DNA of 64,000 nt, from IMG/VR virus record IMGVR_UViG_2875535316_000004, one strand, 5' to 3'. The notes under the pieces were generated by a model that saw nothing but the letters and a program-made list of their open reading frames with translations, did no database searches and was not told the origin of the DNA. The position numbers and the translations under genes were made by a program. This DNA is from an uncultured virus (IMG/VR IMGVR_UViG_2875535316_000004) (Duplodnaviria > Heunggongvirae > Uroviricota > Caudoviricetes). Every line of letters begins with the position of its first letter. Position 1 is the first letter of the stretch. Positions 37,992-46,850 of this stretch are shown here, piece by piece.

Positions 37992-38847
37992 AGGAACCAT
38001 CCTCACGAGGGATCAAGCCGTCGGTGTAATCGCGGCCAGCGAAGCCGTGGTGGTTAGATTTGGCAGGGGGAGCCTTGCGGCGGTTGTCGTTCACACGGTT
38101 GATCACCCAGTCGGCCTTGAATCCCTGCCAGCCGGCGGATAGGGCCTCGGTGATAGCGGTAACCGCCGTGATCCCAGCCTCAGCGCACTTGCCCAACTCG
38201 TCGTTCACGGTCGCCCATACTGTTTCGCTGACAGCGGCGCGCTTGGCTTTGCGCAGAGCAAGCCAGTCGACCAGGAGCTGCCTCGGGATCTGATGCGGGT
38301 TGTCGGCCATCAGTTGGGTCAGGCCGAATGGCGTCTTGCGGTCAGGTTTTGGCTCAGGATCGAGATCGCCCCCGACAGCCCCTATGGGGGGGCATGAAAC
38401 ATCTTCCGAAGGAAGATTTTCATAGGGGGTTTCTTTCTTAGAATAAAGAAGGGAGTCGGAGGTTTTGGTCTGTTTCGACTCCGAGCCGATTCGGACCACT
38501 TCAGCCGAGTCGGCTGTTTTGGTCTGTTTCGGATCAACGTAGATCCAGTCTTTTGGATCATTCACGCCGATGTCACCCCGGGCTCCACCCTCACGGAATA
38601 GGACGCGACGACGCAGCAGGCTGGAAACCGCCTTGGACACGGTGTCTGGGTGAGCGTGGATAGCTTTCGCGATGTCGGTAGCCGGGATGCGTTGAGCGCC
38701 CGCGCCGAAGTTGATGGTGGCCTTGGCCACGTACAGCACAATCTTCATCTCCCGAGCAGGGAGATCGATAGCCAGCAGGCCATCCATGAGCTGGTTGTCC
38801 ATACGGGTGAACCCCCTGGACTTGTCAAGTGGGACGATGTTTGTCAT
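37981..38847 (-). CDS. replication initiator (lambda O-like)
   Basis: GFTRMDN N-terminus, GWQGF C-terminal motif. Confidence 0.85.
   Translation of the reverse strand: MTNIVPLDKSRGFTRMDNQLMDGLLAIDLPAREMKIVLYVAKATINFGAGAQRIPATDIAKAIHAHPDTVSKAVSSLLRRRVLFREGGARGDIGVNDPKDWIYVDPKQTKTADSAEVVRIGSESKQTKTSDSLLYSKKETPYENLPSEDVSCPPIGAVGGDLDPEPKPDRKTPFGLTQLMADNPHQIPRQLLVDWLALRKAKRAAVSETVWATVNDELGKCAEAGITAVTAITEALSAGWQGFKADWVINRVNDNRRKAPPAKSNHHGFAGRDYTDGLIPREDGSYAF
38420..38531. repeat. probable replication origin, iterons inside O
   Basis: GAGTCGG..GTTTTGGTCTGTTTCG at 38453-38477 and 38507-38531 next to an A/T-rich tract. Confidence 0.6.
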
Positions 38848-38919
38848 GCTTAAACCCGTTGAAATGCTGTAGAGAAAGCCGCCCTGCCAGGCGGTTTTTT
38901 TTCGTCTGCGATTCCTGTA

Positions 38920-38935
38920 CTGGACGGATTCACAG
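38920..38935. promoter_or_regulatory. LexA-like box between cro and O
   Basis: CTGTGAATCCGTCCAG on minus strand, CTG-N10-CAG. Confidence 0.5.
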
Positions 38936-38985
38936 TTACTTCAGATATCTACTGGCCCAATGCCAGATAGGGGATGATTCAGCTA

Positions 38986-39210
38986 TCAGGCGGCTTCGGG
39001 ATTTCGAGCCGCTGGCGGAAAGGCATCGTCAAGGCTGCACTTGGCGCCTAAGCCGTTCAGCGCAGCGACAATCTTTCGAGCCGCATCCAAGCCGACGCAC
39101 CGTCGACCCGCCTCGTAATTGGCCAGGCGCGACTGGTTCCAGCTGAGCTCCCGGCAAAGACGGGCTTGGCTTATCCCCGCCGCTACCCGGATCTTGCGAA
39201 CGTTGTTCAT
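38986..39210 (-). CDS. Cro-like HTH
   Basis: ISQARLCRELSWNQSRLANYEAG; divergent from cI; GAGG RBS. Confidence 0.88.
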   Translation of the reverse strand: MNNVRKIRVAAGISQARLCRELSWNQSRLANYEAGRRCVGLDAARKIVAALNGLGAKCSLDDAFPPAARNPEAA

Positions 39211-39236
39211 TCGGGGTTCCTCAATGACTAGCACTC

Positions 39237-39279
39237 AGGATAAACACGCATCGTGTTAATATCAATCACAATAAGTGAA
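39237..39279 (-). promoter_or_regulatory. pR promoter with operators
   Basis: TTGATA-N17-TATCCT; operators AACAC-N5-GTGTT (39243-39257) and ATCAC-N5-GTGAA (39265-39279). Confidence 0.75.
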
Positions 39280-39314
39280 AGCCGAGTATTTCATTTCGTG
39301 ATGAAATCCCGCGC

Positions 39315-40121
39315 ATGAATGAATCACTGAGCCAGCGCATTAAGCGCTTGAGAAAAGCGACGGGAATGTCCCAGGCCCAGCTGGCAGATGCTTGCGGCTG
39401 GAAATCGCAGTCACGCGTCGGAAACTATGAAGCCGGTACGCGAGAGCCAACGCTGGCGGATATTGCCGCTATGGCAGCCGCCCTTGGAGTCGACCAATCC
39501 GAGCTGCTCCTGAACTCTGCGGCAGTGACCGAGGTATCGGCGCCCGCCCGGAGCACGACTGATCTTGTCAGGCAGATGCTCGCAAAGAGCGGCAAAGGCA
39601 TTCCGGAAGAGGCCCGTCAGCGCCTCCTTGCTGCGGCTGAAGAGCCGAGCGCCAGCCGTGTCGTCGCGGCTGACTTTGTTCGCCCTGGCCTCGTGGGCGA
39701 TGAGGTGTGGATTGCTCACTACGACGTGCGCGGAGCGATGGGCGATGGTGAAGTAGCTCACGACTTCCCTGAAATGCTGCAGGACATCCGCGTCAGCCCT
39801 ACTCACCTGCGAGAGATGGGGGTCGAGTTCAAGGAGCATTTCCATCTGAAGCTCATAACAGGTGTCGGTCAGTCCATGGCGCCGACCATCAAAAGCCGCG
39901 ACCCGCTGGTCGTTGACATCAGCATCCGTGAATTCGTGGGCGACGGGATCTATTACTTCTCACACCAAGGTCATCAGTACATCAAGCGCCTGCAGAAGAA
40001 AGGGCGCGACTATTTCAAGATGATCTCTGACAACACGAATCATCCACCTGAAGACATTCGGGTTGATGAGACCTATATCCAGGCCCGGGTGTTGCTGGTT
40101 TGGAATGCCCATCTGGTGTAG
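39315..40121 (+). CDS. CI-like repressor (HTH + S24 peptidase)
   Basis: HTH; GQSMAP serine and YIKRL lysine; no RBS so possibly leaderless. Confidence 0.93.
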   Translation: MNESLSQRIKRLRKATGMSQAQLADACGWKSQSRVGNYEAGTREPTLADIAAMAAALGVDQSELLLNSAAVTEVSAPARSTTDLVRQMLAKSGKGIPEEARQRLLAAAEEPSASRVVAADFVRPGLVGDEVWIAHYDVRGAMGDGEVAHDFPEMLQDIRVSPTHLREMGVEFKEHFHLKLITGVGQSMAPTIKSRDPLVVDISIREFVGDGIYYFSHQGHQYIKRLQKKGRDYFKMISDNTNHPPEDIRVDETYIQARVLLVWNAHLV

Positions 40122-40123
40122 CC

Positions 40124-40387
40124 ATGACCCTAACCAAATCCAATCAAGACCTACGGCGCGATCTTCAGGGCCTAGCCTCAGACCTCAAATGGTCAGCGGT
40201 CGAACTGATGCGGATTGCCGAACGACTGAGCCAGGCCGGAAACGAGCATGACGCGCAGGCAGTGATCAGAATCTGCCAAGTGATGCAGGCTGGCGAGGAT
40301 CGCTTGGCGGGGTATGGGGAAGAGGTGAAGGTGGGGCGGATTTCGTGTATGAAAAGTGACCCCGCAAGCTATGGGGGCTGCGGATAG
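40124..40387 (+). CDS. hypothetical protein coupled to cI
   Basis: ATG 2 nt after cI stop. Confidence 0.6.
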   Translation: MTLTKSNQDLRRDLQGLASDLKWSAVELMRIAERLSQAGNEHDAQAVIRICQVMQAGEDRLAGYGEEVKVGRISCMKSDPASYGGCG

Positions 40388-40480
40388 GGCATGGTGTATA
40401 TTGTGGCGGCACTGGCATGCCGCCCTCAATGAATACATCATAAATCAATAAATAATTAAGTTTTTACTGAGCGCATAACA

Positions 40481-42481
40481 ATGGATGGATCCACAGGGTT
40501 TGTTCCAAGGGAGTTTTCTGGTACAACCAAAATCACTGACAGAGGCATACGAAATCACTTTAGCAAGTCAGTATCCCCTTGGAGGCCCCTGGCTGAGCTA
40601 ATTTGGAACGGGTTCGATGCGAAAGCTAAACATGTGACCGTCAACATTGATACAAACAATCTTGGCGGTGTTGAGTCCATCACTGTTCTAGATGATGGTC
40701 ACGGAATTGATGTCGACGGTAGCGACTCTAGCTTCTTTAACTTCCGTGACTCTAAAAAAAAGAGATCACATGACGTTCATGGTGAAAAAGGTATCGGGCG
40801 CCTATATTTTCATAAAATATGCAACCGCGCTGATTGGTACACAAAATCTTCCGGGATAGATGCAAAACTTACTGTTCATAGCGCCGCACTGGACAAGGTT
40901 GAAGCCTCCACAATTCCGTCAGGCAGCCAACATGCATTACTTTCAAATTTAGTCTCGGGAACTTGCGTAGAGCTGACTAGATTCTCTGAGCCATACCTTA
41001 GTCACGAAAATATTGTCAAATGCCTGTCTCTTGAATTTGGCTGGTACTTAGCAATTAACCCTAGCAAAACCATAACTTTGAATGGAGAAAAGATCCTACC
41101 TCCAGATCATAGATCAGCAACAATCTCACTAAACATTGATGGTCAGCTTTTTGAGGTAAAGCTGATTCATTGGGCAGACAAGCCTACTTCGGGAAAGTCA
41201 TACATTTACTACACCTCCTCCAAAGACAAAGTCGTAGACTACGCCCTCAGTAGCCTCAACCAAAAACCGGGTTATCACACAACTCTCGCAGCACGCTCAG
41301 CTTGGTTTGACGCATCCGAAGTCGATAATGATAGCCTAAACCTGTCGTTTGACACATTGACACAGACCAAGATATGGAAATCCCTGCAAAAGCAAATTAG
41401 TGACTTCGGTCAAGAACACTATAAGAAATTTCTTGTTAGCAAAGCCGACGAGCAGCTAGAACAACTCGAGATAGATGGCGAGCTGCCCAGCTTTGAAGGT
41501 GCAAGCAAAGGATATGCAGAATGGCGATTAGGCCACCTCAAAAATATACTTCGAGTCATTCTAATATCCGACCCAAAAGTATTTAAAGACAGTAATAAAA
41601 AACAGAGAAAACTTGTAATAAGATTATTGGACAGGCTCGCCATCTCCAATGAGAATGATGCCATATTCGAGGTTCTCGAAAGCGTACTCGATTTGGATGA
41701 CTCCTCTATGCGCGTTTTCTCTGATCAAATTAGAACAGCGAAACTGAACAACATCGTTAGCACCATCGAAAAACTTCAGCGCCGTGAAGACGCTATATCT
41801 AGAATTTCTGAAATCATGCTACACCACTACAAGGACGTTCTTGAAACCCCTGACCTACAGGGTGTAATTGAGGCGAACACGTGGCTCTTTGGAAGCCAAT
41901 ACGAAACCATTGGCGCAGAAGAGACTACCTTTACTAAAATTGCTCAGAATTTACGAGATAAAGTAAAAGGAATCGACCACGTCTCCGAAGATGATGTTGA
42001 AGATGGTGCAACTGTAGCCGGAGCAAATCGACAAACAGATCTTTTTCTGGTTAGGCGCAGCATGCAGCATGACTCAATAAACAATCAGCCTTATTTCAAA
42101 TGTGTGATCATTGAAATCAAGCGCCCCAGCATTGCGCTCAATAAAAACCACCTGCGACAAATTGATGATTACGCCGGAATATTGGCTAAGCATCCGAGCT
42201 ACCAGGGGATTCAAACCAGATACGAAATAATCCTGCTCGGCCGTAAAATCTCGGCAGTTGATTACGACATTGGAGAAAGACTTGAGCAGCTAGCAGACAG
42301 AAACGACCCCGGACTGGTTGGAGCTGGTTTAATCAAAAAGTATGTGAAGACGTGGCAGTCCATCGTCGAAGAGTTTCGTTTGTCGAATCATTATTTACTC
42401 AACACACTCCAGAGTCAGCGCGATGTGTTAGAGGAGTCCAAGGTTGAGTTGCTCACCAATCTGCAAGCTGGTGCCCACTGA
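40481..42481 (+). CDS. GHKL ATPase fused to PD-(D/E)XK nuclease, candidate defence protein
   Basis: ELIWNGFDA, DDGHG, GEKGIGR, GT boxes; C-terminal TDLFL..IEIKRP..QIDDY; AT-rich. Confidence 0.82.
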   Translation: MDGSTGFVPREFSGTTKITDRGIRNHFSKSVSPWRPLAELIWNGFDAKAKHVTVNIDTNNLGGVESITVLDDGHGIDVDGSDSSFFNFRDSKKKRSHDVHGEKGIGRLYFHKICNRADWYTKSSGIDAKLTVHSAALDKVEASTIPSGSQHALLSNLVSGTCVELTRFSEPYLSHENIVKCLSLEFGWYLAINPSKTITLNGEKILPPDHRSATISLNIDGQLFEVKLIHWADKPTSGKSYIYYTSSKDKVVDYALSSLNQKPGYHTTLAARSAWFDASEVDNDSLNLSFDTLTQTKIWKSLQKQISDFGQEHYKKFLVSKADEQLEQLEIDGELPSFEGASKGYAEWRLGHLKNILRVILISDPKVFKDSNKKQRKLVIRLLDRLAISNENDAIFEVLESVLDLDDSSMRVFSDQIRTAKLNNIVSTIEKLQRREDAISRISEIMLHHYKDVLETPDLQGVIEANTWLFGSQYETIGAEETTFTKIAQNLRDKVKGIDHVSEDDVEDGATVAGANRQTDLFLVRRSMQHDSINNQPYFKCVIIEIKRPSIALNKNHLRQIDDYAGILAKHPSYQGIQTRYEIILLGRKISAVDYDIGERLEQLADRNDPGLVGAGLIKKYVKTWQSIVEEFRLSNHYLLNTLQSQRDVLEESKVELLTNLQAGAH

Positions 42482-42550
42482 TTCTTGTGCTTAACCCAGC
42501 ATCAGGATTGTTGTTTCTGCCCTGACCGTCTTGGCGGGCTTTTTCATGCC

Positions 42551-42640
42551 TTCACGCTTTTTTCACGCCCTACCCTGCACAGTTACGGCGCTCCTTGTGA
42601 GACTCCCTTAGCCCGCCCTCCCCAGCGGGCTTTTCTTTGC
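42551..42640 (+). repeat. unit 1: regulator box + -10 + short transcript + terminator
   Basis: TTCACGCTTTTTTCACGCCC..TGCACAGT..AGCCCGC/GCGGGCTTTTC; paralog at 43273. Confidence 0.7.
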
Positions 42641-42700
42641 ATGCGTGATGGCTGATGGCCAGAGTGGTAGGATGGCAGCTCAAGTCACAGGGAGGTCGCC

Positions 42701-43249
42701 ATGCTTCGCAACATCCATACGTTTCTTCTTGCTGCCGTCGCCGTCGCTTGTGCCGCCGGACCTCAAATTGCGCAGGCCGGATCGGACCTAATAGGTAAAC
42801 GCGTCCAGAACAACTATGACGTGACCCTGTACCTGGATCCCGAGAAAGGCTTGGCCTATGCGTTGAAAGACCCCAAGTTTCAGCGCTATCACATTAGGCC
42901 GCGCAAGATGAAAATCAGCTATGCGATGGATAAGGTCGAAGCGTCACCCATATCAACGCCGGCCGAGCCTGTGGTTGTGGAAATGGCTGCGATGCATGAG
43001 CGCAAGCTGGCCGAGATGAACCTGAGCGAAGAAGATCAGTGCTACGAGGCTTTTACCGCCGTGCTCGGCCGGCTGGTTTTCTCGGCCGCCTCAGCCAAAA
43101 ATCTTCAAGACGAAGAGTATTTCCATCTTGCGAACGTCATCACACTCGATGATGAAAAGGTGCCAGGCGCCCCTGGAGTGATCACCTGCAAGATTCCCGA
43201 TCACGGTTCAATCTTCATGTATGCAAGAGCACAGATCAGCACCGACTAA
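42701..43249 (+). CDS. exported hypothetical protein
   Basis: GGAGG RBS, signal peptide ending AQA, upstream TG-TAGGAT -10. Confidence 0.7.
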   Translation: MLRNIHTFLLAAVAVACAAGPQIAQAGSDLIGKRVQNNYDVTLYLDPEKGLAYALKDPKFQRYHIRPRKMKISYAMDKVEASPISTPAEPVVVEMAAMHERKLAEMNLSEEDQCYEAFTAVLGRLVFSAASAKNLQDEEYFHLANVITLDDEKVPGAPGVITCKIPDHGSIFMYARAQISTD

Positions 43250-43272
43250 CCCTCAGCGCTGAGGTTCGGCCT

Positions 43273-43362
43273 TTCACGCTTTTTTCACGCCCGACCCTGC
43301 ATTGTGACGGCTCATCCGCTTCCCTACGTTTAGCCCGCATAGCAGTGCGGGCTTCTCTTTGC
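43273..43362 (+). repeat. unit 2: regulator box + -10 + short transcript + terminator
   Basis: Identical 20-mer, TGCATTGT, AGCCCGCA/TGCGGGCT hairpin. Confidence 0.7.
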
Positions 43363-43379
43363 TTGATGCTCGCGCCGGA

Positions 43380-43580
43380 TTATACAGACCACTGGATCAA
43401 AGCCCTGTTGGCCGTACGAACCATCTCGAGCCACTCGCCGTGCGATACCTGACGGCGATGCTCCAGGTTCGCAGCCTCAAGCGGCGCCCGATCGTACGCA
43501 GCTTCATCGAGAACGGGCCTACGCATGTGCCGGGACAGCCATGTGATAAATGCTGCAGAGCGGGTTTGGGTGCTATTCAT
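43380..43580 (-). CDS. hypothetical protein
   Basis: GGAGGAG RBS. Confidence 0.55.
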   Translation of the reverse strand: MNSTQTRSAAFITWLSRHMRRPVLDEAAYDRAPLEAANLEHRRQVSHGEWLEMVRTANRALIQWSV

Positions 43581-43675
43581 TGAGCTGCTCCTCCGTGGAA
43601 GGAGGGATTCTACAACACAAGATAATACAAATCATTATCATTTGTGGATCCTCCCGCTCGCCTTGCCCTGCGCAG

Positions 43676-44002
43676 TTAGAACGGCGCCTCTTCCTCCGCC
43701 TTCTCATCCTCCCAATCACGCTCCACGACCAAGTCGTCCCGATCTTCAGCGCTCTGCGCCTCCCACCGCACCGTCACGCTCTCGTCGTCATTGAACGTCA
43801 GGTCCAGCTCAGGCGTTTCAGCCAGCAGCCCCATCACCTCCTCCCACTCCATGTCTCCATCCGTGTCCAGGCGATGAATCGTCACCCAACGCTGCGACTG
43901 CGCAATCGGGTGATTGATCATCGACGAGACCCGCAGCCCGAGCCGCTCTACCCCGGTCATCTCTTGGCGTCCTTGTTGTGCCGTCTTCTTCTGCTTGGAC
44001 AT
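43676..44002 (-). CDS. DUF1654-like protein
   Basis: ERLGLRVSSMINHP.AQ; acidic tail. Confidence 0.7.
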   Translation of the reverse strand: MSKQKKTAQQGRQEMTGVERLGLRVSSMINHPIAQSQRWVTIHRLDTDGDMEWEEVMGLLAETPELDLTFNDDESVTVRWEAQSAEDRDDLVVERDWEDEKAEEEAPF

Positions 44003-44017
44003 AAGCCATCCCCTTTA

Positions 44018-44033
44018 CTGTATATCCATCCAG
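44018..44033. promoter_or_regulatory. LexA box
   Basis: CTGTATATCCATCCAG. Confidence 0.7.
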
Positions 44034-44118
44034 TTATTTCGATGAGCATACATCACACCTCGTGAAACGTGAACCCGCCTCATAGGAAAAATCCTCAACA
44101 CACCATCAGGAAAAATAA

Positions 44119-44160
44119 ATCACATATTGTGTTGACATAAAAAACACGCTGCGTGATATT
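44119..44160 (+). promoter_or_regulatory. pL promoter with operators
   Basis: TTGACA-N17-GATATT; operators ATCAC-N5-GTGTT (44119-44133) and AACAC-N5-GTGAT (44143-44157); another at 44052-44066. Confidence 0.8.
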
Positions 44161-44212
44161 TGCATCAACGCGCAGTCACTCACCAAGGACTGCAGAGGTC
44201 CTCACCGGCCGC

Positions 44213-44221
44213 CGCTCTTTA
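44213..44221 (+). promoter_or_regulatory. boxA antitermination element
   Basis: CGCTCTTTA about 50 nt after pL. Confidence 0.6.
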
Positions 44222-44661
44222 CACAACCAGACGTGACCACCTCGACGCACCCAGGCCATCACCTGGGTCGGGACAAGCTAAGTCGTCGACCACGCAGCCT
44301 CTGGATAGCTGCCGGACTCCCCCATGGGAGGACGCCAAACCATGCGAGCCACCTGATGCGTAGCCAGTTGCTGCAGCAGGCAGAGGTGGGGAAACCCGGC
44401 GACGAGCATGGCGCGGACCAAACAACCATAGGAGGAACGCCATCATGAAGTAGTAAGCGAAACGCCTAACCCAGCCATGGGAAATGGCAGCCTAACCGGA
44501 CGCTACAGAGCCGGTCGCTGGCAGGCCGAGAGAATAGTCGCCCGGAGCGCGCTGGTTGCCACCAGCCCCGATAGCCAGCCGTGAGTGCTGCACAGCGACG
44601 GTCGTTGGCAACGACGCCGGACACGTAACCGGCCCGATCTACCTGGTCCCCATCACCAGGT

Positions 44662-44841
44662 TGCATCGGTGTGTGATCTGAGTGCGCAGGCTGATGCGCA
44701 AGGAAAGACCCAACGGGCTTTGCACGACCTGCCTAACACGCTGCTCGTGCATCGACAGTCCGCAGGGCTACTCATCTACCACTGCCCTTTGATGCGGCAA
44801 GCCGGAAGAAAGCAGCACCGGCCAGATCACACACCCATGCA
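44662..44841 (+). ncRNA. C4 antisense-like RNA
   Basis: GGTGTGTGATCTG/CAGATCACACACC stem, GCGCAGGCTGATGCGC arm, GCCGG..CAGCACCGGC arm. Confidence 0.65.
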
Positions 44842-44996
44842 CCCATTAAGGCTCACCATCGTGCGCTTTACAGCCCCTAACACTCACCACCATCAACCTT
44901 AAAACGACTGCATTGGTCGTGACGTTCGCCCTCCTCTGGTCCGGGAGGTAAGCGGCAGCGAGCGTCACGACCAATGCAGCCCACCGAGGACCAGTC

Positions 44997-45380
44997 ATGG
45001 AAACGATCACTTGCGGCTCATGGATTGGCCAGCTCGGCAAGGCACTGGCTCCCCGTGAGCTGGAAGCCCTGCTGTGGGTTGCCGAAGGACTCACGACGAA
45101 GGAGGTCGCCCGAAAGATGGCGGTCAGCCCTGGAACCGCAGCGAACCGCATCAAGATTGTGCTGTTCAAGCTCGAAGCCGGTCGCCGGATCGAGGCGGTG
45201 AACAAAGCATGGAGGGCCAACATCATCAGCCCCCTCTGCATCTTGCTGGTTGGCCTCATGACCATGCACGCAGCCATAAACGACGGAGACCCGATGCGCC
45301 GCGACCGACGCGCGCCGGAGCGCCGCACCGCCCAAGTTCGAATCGTTCGCAAGGCCGAAGCCTTGGAACTCCATGCCTGA
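44997..45380 (+). CDS. LuxR-type HTH regulator
   Basis: LAPRELEALLWVAEGLTTKEVA. Confidence 0.82.
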   Translation: METITCGSWIGQLGKALAPRELEALLWVAEGLTTKEVARKMAVSPGTAANRIKIVLFKLEAGRRIEAVNKAWRANIISPLCILLVGLMTMHAAINDGDPMRRDRRAPERRTAQVRIVRKAEALELHA

Positions 45381-45397
45381 CCAACAAGGACCAACCC

Positions 45398-45730
45398 ATG
45401 AACGCAGCCATCCGCAATAGCCGTGTGCAATACGCCCAGGTGCAGCAGCAGGCCGAAGCCGCAGCCGCCGAGTTCCGCAGCAACTCCCGGTTCTTCGTCC
45501 AGCAGGGCGAGAACAACAGTTGGGCCATCGTGGGCGCCGACGACAACCGCTTGTATGGCCTGCGCCGTCGGCACGTTGATGCGGTGACATACGCCGAAAG
45601 CCTCGAGCGCGCGGTAAACGCAAAGTCGGTACCGGTGCTGAAGGTCAGCCCGCCTGATGACGCCCGCACCCGCTGGGCGGCCTTGTGGGCGCTGGTGCTG
45701 ATCGTCATGGCCGGAGCGTTTTCGTCATGA
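45398..45730 (+). CDS. hypothetical protein with C-terminal TM
   Basis: AAGGA RBS. Confidence 0.6.
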   Translation: MNAAIRNSRVQYAQVQQQAEAAAAEFRSNSRFFVQQGENNSWAIVGADDNRLYGLRRRHVDAVTYAESLERAVNAKSVPVLKVSPPDDARTRWAALWALVLIVMAGAFSS

Positions 45731-46224
45731 GCCGCGGGGTAAACAAGGTGTTCCTGGTCGGCACCTGTGGCCAGGACCCGGAAGTGCGCTACCTGCCGAA
45801 CGGCAACGCCGTTACCAACCTGAGCCTGGCCACCAGCGAGCAATGGACTGACAAGCAGTCGGGGCAGAAGGTCGAGCGCACCGAATGGCACCGCGTGGTG
45901 CTGTTCGGCAAGGTCGCGGAGATCGCCGGCGAATACCTGCGCAAGGGCTCGCAGTGCTACATCGAAGGCAAGCTGCAAACTCGCGAGTGGGAGAAGGACG
46001 GCATCAAGCGCTACACCACTGAGGTGCACGTCGACATGCGCGGAACGATGCAGCTGCTCGGCAGCCGGCCGCAGGGTCAGCAGCCCGGGCAAGTGCCAGA
46101 TCGGCAGCCGCAGCAGCGCCGGCCACCGCCTCAGCAGCAAAACCAGCAGGCCGCGCCGCCGGATCACGACAGCTTTGACGACGACATCCCGTTCGCCCCG
46201 CTCCACTACCTCGCCGGTGCGTAG
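45727..46224 (+). CDS. ssb: single-stranded DNA-binding protein
   Basis: [20 protein letters not shown]. Confidence 0.95.
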   Translation: MSRGVNKVFLVGTCGQDPEVRYLPNGNAVTNLSLATSEQWTDKQSGQKVERTEWHRVVLFGKVAEIAGEYLRKGSQCYIEGKLQTREWEKDGIKRYTTEVHVDMRGTMQLLGSRPQGQQPGQVPDRQPQQRRPPPQQQNQQAAPPDHDSFDDDIPFAPLHYLAGA

Positions 46225-46226
46225 AG

Positions 46227-46388
46227 ATGAAGCGCCGGCAGCGTGTTCATCCACCCGCGTACTACCTCGGCCACGCCTGCCGCGACAACAGCCAGTCACG
46301 CGATGCCCAGCCATACGGCTGGATGACAGTGAACTGCGGCTGGTGGCTTGCCGGCTGGCATGACCGAGACATGGAGCTTTCCGCTTGA
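46227..46388 (+). CDS. Rmf/CrpP-like small protein (53 aa, below ORF-track cutoff)
   Basis: MKRRQRVHPPAYYLGHACRDNSQSRDAQPYGWMTVNCGWWLAGWHDRDMELSA. Confidence 0.55.
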   Translation: MKRRQRVHPPAYYLGHACRDNSQSRDAQPYGWMTVNCGWWLAGWHDRDMELSA

Positions 46389-46476
46389 AACGCATCACCG
46401 CGCGCGTCCGCCACGGCCGGCGCCAGCAGCACATCAATCTGCCGCCCAGCGGCATCGTTCACCAGGAGACGCAGCA

Positions 46477-46824
46477 ATGTCCAAGCCCACTGATACCACA
46501 GAGTTTCTGCAGGAACTCAACGGCGGCGCCTTCGCCAGCCAAATCGGTCACGCCCTCTCGGAAGTAGCCGCGGGGGTTGTCGACCACGGCAAGGCCGGCA
46601 AGCTCACCATCACCCTGGACTTCAGCCAGATCGGCGACTCCCACCAGGTAAAGATCAAGCACAAGCTCGACTACAAAGTGCCAACCAAGCGCGGGACGCG
46701 TAGCGAGAACACCAGCCTCGACACGCCGATGTACGTCGGCACCGGCGGGAACATCTCCCTTTTCCCCGAAAAGCATGACCAGCTCTTCAACCGGGACGAA
46801 GCACCAGTACACCCACGCTCCTAA
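46477..46824 (+). CDS. YfdP-like phage protein
   Basis: FLQELNGG, KAGKLTITL; precedes DUF2303 gene. Confidence 0.7.
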   Translation: MSKPTDTTEFLQELNGGAFASQIGHALSEVAAGVVDHGKAGKLTITLDFSQIGDSHQVKIKHKLDYKVPTKRGTRSENTSLDTPMYVGTGGNISLFPEKHDQLFNRDEAPVHPRS

Positions 46825-46850
46825 CTCACAGCACCTACAAGGAATAGCGC

